From Klebsiella pneumoniae (GTDB lineage Bacteria; Pseudomonadota; Gammaproteobacteria; Ga0077536): a stretch of 33,877 bases of DNA. A program made the translations under genes and the position numbers. How positions within the stretch are numbered: the first letter of the stretch is position 1; every line of letters begins with the position of its first letter. The notes beneath the pieces are model-generated. The model was not told the origin of the DNA, searched no databases, and saw only the letters and a program-made list of their open reading frames with translations. Of this stretch, positions 28,682-33,877 are shown piece after piece. The DNA is taken from NCBI GenBank assembly GCA_945873015.1, contig CAMCBY010000003.1, positions 1 through 33,877 of the forward strand. The letters are read 5' to 3'.

Positions 28682-28758
28682 TGGCGGAGTGGACGGGACT
28701 CGAACCCGCGACCCCCGGCGTGACAGGCCGGTATTCTAACCAACTGAACTACCACTCC
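28682..28758 (-). tRNA. tRNA-Asp (GTC)
   Basis: 77 nt, GGAGTGG...CCACTCC-GCCA, anticodon arm CCGGC-CTGTCAC-GCCGG, T loop GTTCGAGTC, encoded CCA. Confidence 0.97.
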
Positions 28759-28770
28759 GATGGCTAACTC

Positions 28771-28846
28771 TGGTGGGTGCTGAGGGGATCGAACCCACGA
28801 CCTTCGCCTTGTAAGGGCGACGCTCTCCCAGCTGAGCTAAGCACCC
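28771..28846 (-). tRNA. tRNA-Val (TAC)
   Basis: 76 nt, GGGTGCT...AGCACCC-ACCA, anticodon arm TCGCC-CTTACAA-GGCGA, T loop TTCGATC. Confidence 0.95.
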
Positions 28847-28871
28847 AGATCGTCGTGCTCTGGGAAGGGCG

Positions 28872-29144
28872 CTAGTTTACTGCATCCTTCAGCGCTTTGC
28901 CAGGTTTGAAACCAGGAACTTTCGATGCCTTGATCTCAATTGCAGCACCCGTTTGCGGATTACGACCTGCTCGTGCCGCGCGACTGCGCACTACGAATGT
29001 ACCGAAACCCACCAGGCTGACTTGTTCATCTTTCTTCAGCGCCGCACAGATGTTGTCGAAGACCGCATCCACGGCGCGCGTTGCAGAAGCTTTGGTAATG
29101 TCTGCGGCAAGCGCGACGGCGTCGATCAGTTCTGCTTTATTCAT
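28872..29144 (-). CDS. hupB: DNA-binding protein HU
   Basis: [11 protein letters not shown]...[38 protein letters not shown]; located after lon. Confidence 0.95.
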   Translation of the reverse strand: MNKAELIDAVALAADITKASATRAVDAVFDNICAALKKDEQVSLVGFGTFVVRSRAARAGRNPQTGAAIEIKASKVPGFKPGKALKDAVN

Positions 29145-29322
29145 GGAGCTTATCCCCTTAGTCCCAGCGCGGTGAAAATATCAGCTGCGGCGAGTGGGCT
29201 GCGCGCTGATGATTATTGTGGATGGCGTTCGCGTGCCTTGCGAGTGCGCGGCCGTTATACCAATCACCCCCAAGAGCGTCAAGCAAGCCGGATCCGAATG
29301 GACCCGGCTTGTGACAAGAGCC

Positions 29323-31731
29323 TCAGTGTCGTCTGAGGACGTCGCCGTCCTCATCGCTGGCGGGCTTTTCTTTCGCAGGCGTTGTGCTGGATGCCTCTGC
29401 AACCGGCAGTGGCTCCGGCATACGCAGCAATGCGATTTCAAACACCTCGTCTATCCAACGCACGGGTTTGATCTCAAGCTGCTGAGCTATATTCGCCGGA
29501 ATTTCCGCCAGCTCGCGTTCATTCTCTTTCGGGATCACGACTTGTTTGATACCGCCGCGCAATGCAGCGAGCAGCTTCTCCTTCAAGCCACCGATAGGCA
29601 GCACTTCACCGCGCAAAGTAATTTCACCGGTCATGGCGACACTTGCCTTGACCGGTATACCCGTTAATGCCGAGACCATCGCGGTGCACATGCCGACGCC
29701 GGCGCTTGGGCCATCCTTGGGCGTAGCACCTTCCGGCACGTGGAAGTGCACATCGTTGGTCGCATAGAAATCCGGCACGATGCCGAGCGAGCGGGCACGA
29801 CTGCGTACCACCGTCATGGCAGCCTTAATCGATTCCTGCATCACATCACCGAGTCTACCGGTGTAGATTTCCTTACCCTTACCTGGCACCACTACCGCTT
29901 CAATGGTCAGCAGATCACCCCCGGTTTCGGTCCACGCGAGGCCCGTGACCTGGCCGACACGATCCTCCTCTTCGGCGAGACCGTAGCGGAATCTCTTCAC
30001 GCCGAGGTATTTGTCCAGAATCTTCGGTGTGACCGATACCGACTTGGTCGAAGGTTTTTGCAGAATCCCCTTGACCACCTTACGGCAAATAGTCGCCATC
30101 TCGCGCTCGAGATTACGCACACCAGCTTCACGGGTGTAGAAACGAATCACATCACGCAGCGCAGCCTCCGAGACTTTTACTTCATCGGCTTTAAGGCCTG
30201 CGTTCTCAATCTGCTTGGGCAGCAGATACTTCTGCGCGATGCTGACCTTCTCGTCTTCGGTGTAGCCGGAAATCCGGATGACTTCCATACGGTCCAGCAA
30301 CGGTGCCGGGATGTTGAGGCTATTGGCAGTGGTAACGAACATCACTTCCGACAAGTCGTAATCGACTTCGAGGTAATGATCGTTGAAGGAATTGTTCTGT
30401 TCCGGGTCCAACACTTCAAGCAGTGCCGACGCCGGGTCACCGCGGAAGTCCATCGCCATCTTGTCAACTTCGTCGAGCAGGAACAGCGGATTTCGCGTAC
30501 CGACCTTCGCCATGTTCTGCAGAATCTTGCCCGGCAGCGAGCCGACGTAAGTTCGACGATGCCCTCGAATTTCGGCCTCATCTCGTACGCCACCAAGAGA
30601 CATGCGCACGAATTTGCGATTGGTGGCGCGTGCAATCGAGCGACCGAGGGAGGTCTTACCGACGCCAGGCGGACCAACCAGGCACAAGATCGGGCCTTTC
30701 ATCTTGTTCACGCGCTGCTGCACGGCAAGATGCTCGAGGATGCGCTCTTTGACCTTCTCCAAGCCGTAGTGATCCGATTCGAGTACTTCTTCGGCGCGGT
30801 TCAAATCACGGCTGGTCTTGGAGCGCTTTTTCCATGGCACCGAGACAATCCAGTCGATGTAGTTACGCACCACAGTCGCTTCGGCGGACATCGGCGACAT
30901 CATGCGCAGCTTCTTCAGTTCAGCCTCGGCCTTTTCCCGGGCTTCCTTGGCCATACCAGCGCGCGAGATTTTCTTCGCCAGTTCTTCGAATTCATTAACG
31001 CCGTCTTCACTCTGGCCGAGCTCATTCTGAATGGCCTTCATCTGCTCATTCAGGTAGTACTCGCGCTGGCTCTTCTCCATCTGCTTCTTGACGCGGCCGC
31101 GCAAGCGCTTTTCAACTTGCAGCAGATCGATTTCTGATTCCATGAGGTGAATGAGATGTTCCAGCCGCTCGCGCAGCGGAATAATCTCGAGAACTTCCTG
31201 CTTGTCCTGAATCTTGATCGCCATGTGAGCAGCGATGGTGTCGGCCAGACGCGACGGGTCGTCGATGCTCGACAAGGACGATATGATTTCCGGTGGGACC
31301 TTCTTGTTGAGCTTCACATATTGCTCAAACTGAGTCATGAGTGAGCGACTCAGCACTTCCGCTTCGCGACCACTGACCTGTTCAACCTCTATCATTTCGC
31401 AGTTGGCGGCATAGAGATCGTCAGTTTCGACAAAATCAACAATGCGCGCACGCTGCACACCCTCGACCAGGACCTTGATGGTGCCGTCGGGCAGCTTGAG
31501 CAGTTGCAGAATATTGGACACCGTGCCTACCGCATGGATATCGGCCGGTTGAGGGTTGTCGTCGCCTGCGCTCTTCTGCGCGACCAGCAGAATCTGCTTG
31601 CCATCTTCCATGGCACGCTCCAAGGCTCGAATCGACTTTTCCCGGCCGACGAACAAAGGAATGACCATGTGCGGATAAACGACGACATCACGCAGCGGTA
31701 ATACTGCGAGCACATTATTGGTATCGGTCAT
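29323..31731 (-). CDS. lon: ATP-dependent protease La
   Basis: [11 protein letters not shown]-domain, [17 protein letters not shown] (catalytic Ser), IGGLKEK. Confidence 0.97.
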   Translation of the reverse strand: MTDTNNVLAVLPLRDVVVYPHMVIPLFVGREKSIRALERAMEDGKQILLVAQKSAGDDNPQPADIHAVGTVSNILQLLKLPDGTIKVLVEGVQRARIVDFVETDDLYAANCEMIEVEQVSGREAEVLSRSLMTQFEQYVKLNKKVPPEIISSLSSIDDPSRLADTIAAHMAIKIQDKQEVLEIIPLRERLEHLIHLMESEIDLLQVEKRLRGRVKKQMEKSQREYYLNEQMKAIQNELGQSEDGVNEFEELAKKISRAGMAKEAREKAEAELKKLRMMSPMSAEATVVRNYIDWIVSVPWKKRSKTSRDLNRAEEVLESDHYGLEKVKERILEHLAVQQRVNKMKGPILCLVGPPGVGKTSLGRSIARATNRKFVRMSLGGVRDEAEIRGHRRTYVGSLPGKILQNMAKVGTRNPLFLLDEVDKMAMDFRGDPASALLEVLDPEQNNSFNDHYLEVDYDLSEVMFVTTANSLNIPAPLLDRMEVIRISGYTEDEKVSIAQKYLLPKQIENAGLKADEVKVSEAALRDVIRFYTREAGVRNLEREMATICRKVVKGILQKPSTKSVSVTPKILDKYLGVKRFRYGLAEEEDRVGQVTGLAWTETGGDLLTIEAVVVPGKGKEIYTGRLGDVMQESIKAAMTVVRSRARSLGIVPDFYATNDVHFHVPEGATPKDGPSAGVGMCTAMVSALTGIPVKASVAMTGEITLRGEVLPIGGLKEKLLAALRGGIKQVVIPKENERELAEIPANIAQQLEIKPVRWIDEVFEIALLRMPEPLPVAEASSTTPAKEKPASDEDGDVLRRH

Positions 31732-31899
31732 GATGAAGAGCTCCTGCGAATACCTCCCGCTGCGAGTCCGCAGCGGATAGGCACTGAATGTAAGGGAGCC
31801 GGGAGCGGTAACGCCCCGTGCAGATAAGTCAGGTGAGAGTCGCAGAGTGCCCGACGGGCGCGGGAGCGCGCCCGGGAGGCTAAGGCGGCGGAAAGGGAA

Positions 31900-33177
<1,278 letters not shown>

Positions 33178-33184
33178 TCAGGTA

Positions 33185-33865
33185 CTACCTCGAAGATGGA
33201 CCCTTGGCGTCCGGTTTATCGCCGCCGACGGATTCCCGTTTGGACAGCACGGCATCAATAATGCCATAAGTTGCCGCTTCGTCAGCGCTCATAAAGCGAT
33301 CACGATCAGTATCTGCGGCAATCTTTTCCAGCGGCTGCCCGGTGTGGAAAGCGAGGATATCGTTCAGACGGTCGCGCGCCTTGAGGATTTCCCGCGCGTG
33401 GATATCAAAATCCGAGGCCTGACCCTGAAAGCCGCCCAGCGGCTGATGAATCATGACTCGCGAATGCGGCAGGCAATAGCGCTTTTTAGCTGCGCCGCCC
33501 GCCAGCAGCAGGGCACCCATGCTCGCCGCCTGACCGATACACATGGTACTGACGTCCGGCTTGATGAACTGCATGGTGTCGTAGATGGCCAGGCCAGCCG
33601 ACACCGAGCCACCCGGCGAATTGATGTAGAGATGAATGTCCTTGTCGGGATTCTCCGATTCAAGGAACAACATTTGCGCAACGATGACGTTCGCGACGTA
33701 GTCCTCGACCGGCCCGACCAGGAAAATCACACGCTCCTTGAGGAGTCGCGAATAGATGTCGTAGGCACGCTCACCGCGTGCCGACTGCTCGACCACCATC
33801 GGCACGAGATTGAGTGCCCGCGGGCTGCTGGCCTGCATGCGAAAATCGGAATGTTCTATCGACAT
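33185..33865 (-). CDS. clpP: ATP-dependent Clp protease proteolytic subunit
   Basis: [28 protein letters not shown] (Ser), MIHQP (His); exact start uncertain. Confidence 0.97.
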   Translation of the reverse strand: MSIEHSDFRMQASSPRALNLVPMVVEQSARGERAYDIYSRLLKERVIFLVGPVEDYVANVIVAQMLFLESENPDKDIHLYINSPGGSVSAGLAIYDTMQFIKPDVSTMCIGQAASMGALLLAGGAAKKRYCLPHSRVMIHQPLGGFQGQASDFDIHAREILKARDRLNDILAFHTGQPLEKIAADTDRDRFMSADEAATYGIIDAVLSKRESVGGDKPDAKGPSSR

Positions 33866-33877
33866 CAGGTACTTGCC

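Noticed and set aside
28586-28870. tRNA pair as an integration site for an island or prophage
   Set aside because: No integrase and no duplicated tRNA 3' end seen; the hupB-tRNA-ppiD order is uninterrupted.
31735-31895. Sigma32 promoter or structured RNA between clpX and lon (hairpin CGGGCGCG-GGAG-CGCGCCCG at 31855-31874)
   Set aside because: No convincing CTTGAA/CCCCAT match, and short GC hairpins without U tracts are not diagnostic.

Overview
GC-rich chromosomal core region of a gammaproteobacterium (inferred from the gene set and the clpP-clpX-lon-hupB-tRNA-ppiD/fabI synteny). No prophage, transposase or CRISPR array is evident. It holds about 27 CDSs, mostly housekeeping (yciO-like, bolA, dapE, aceA, clpSA, argA, ilvD, lpxD, HMG-CoA lyase, gor, MATE, peptide ABC transporter, fabI, ppiD, hupB, lon, clpX, clpP), plus tRNA-Val(TAC) and tRNA-Asp(GTC). 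The main result is a hidden selenoprotein. Two ORF-track fragments downstream of gor (16953-17267 and 17304-17591) are one reading frame, 17052-17591. It encodes a signal-peptide-bearing BCP/PrxQ-like peroxiredoxin with an in-frame UGA at the peroxidatic Cys position (PKAFTGG-U-TAQC), followed by a bacterial SECIS-like hairpin. Other points: an orphan DpnA/CcrM-like adenine methyltransferase between bolA and dapE, a REP-doublet (REPIN-like) element, tandem aceA promoters with a PhaR-like box and structured leader, two operator-like palindromes before a DUF427 gene, a probable CTG start for the MATE gene, and a plant/fungal-type IlvD. All family assignments are from motif recognition by eye; no searches were run.
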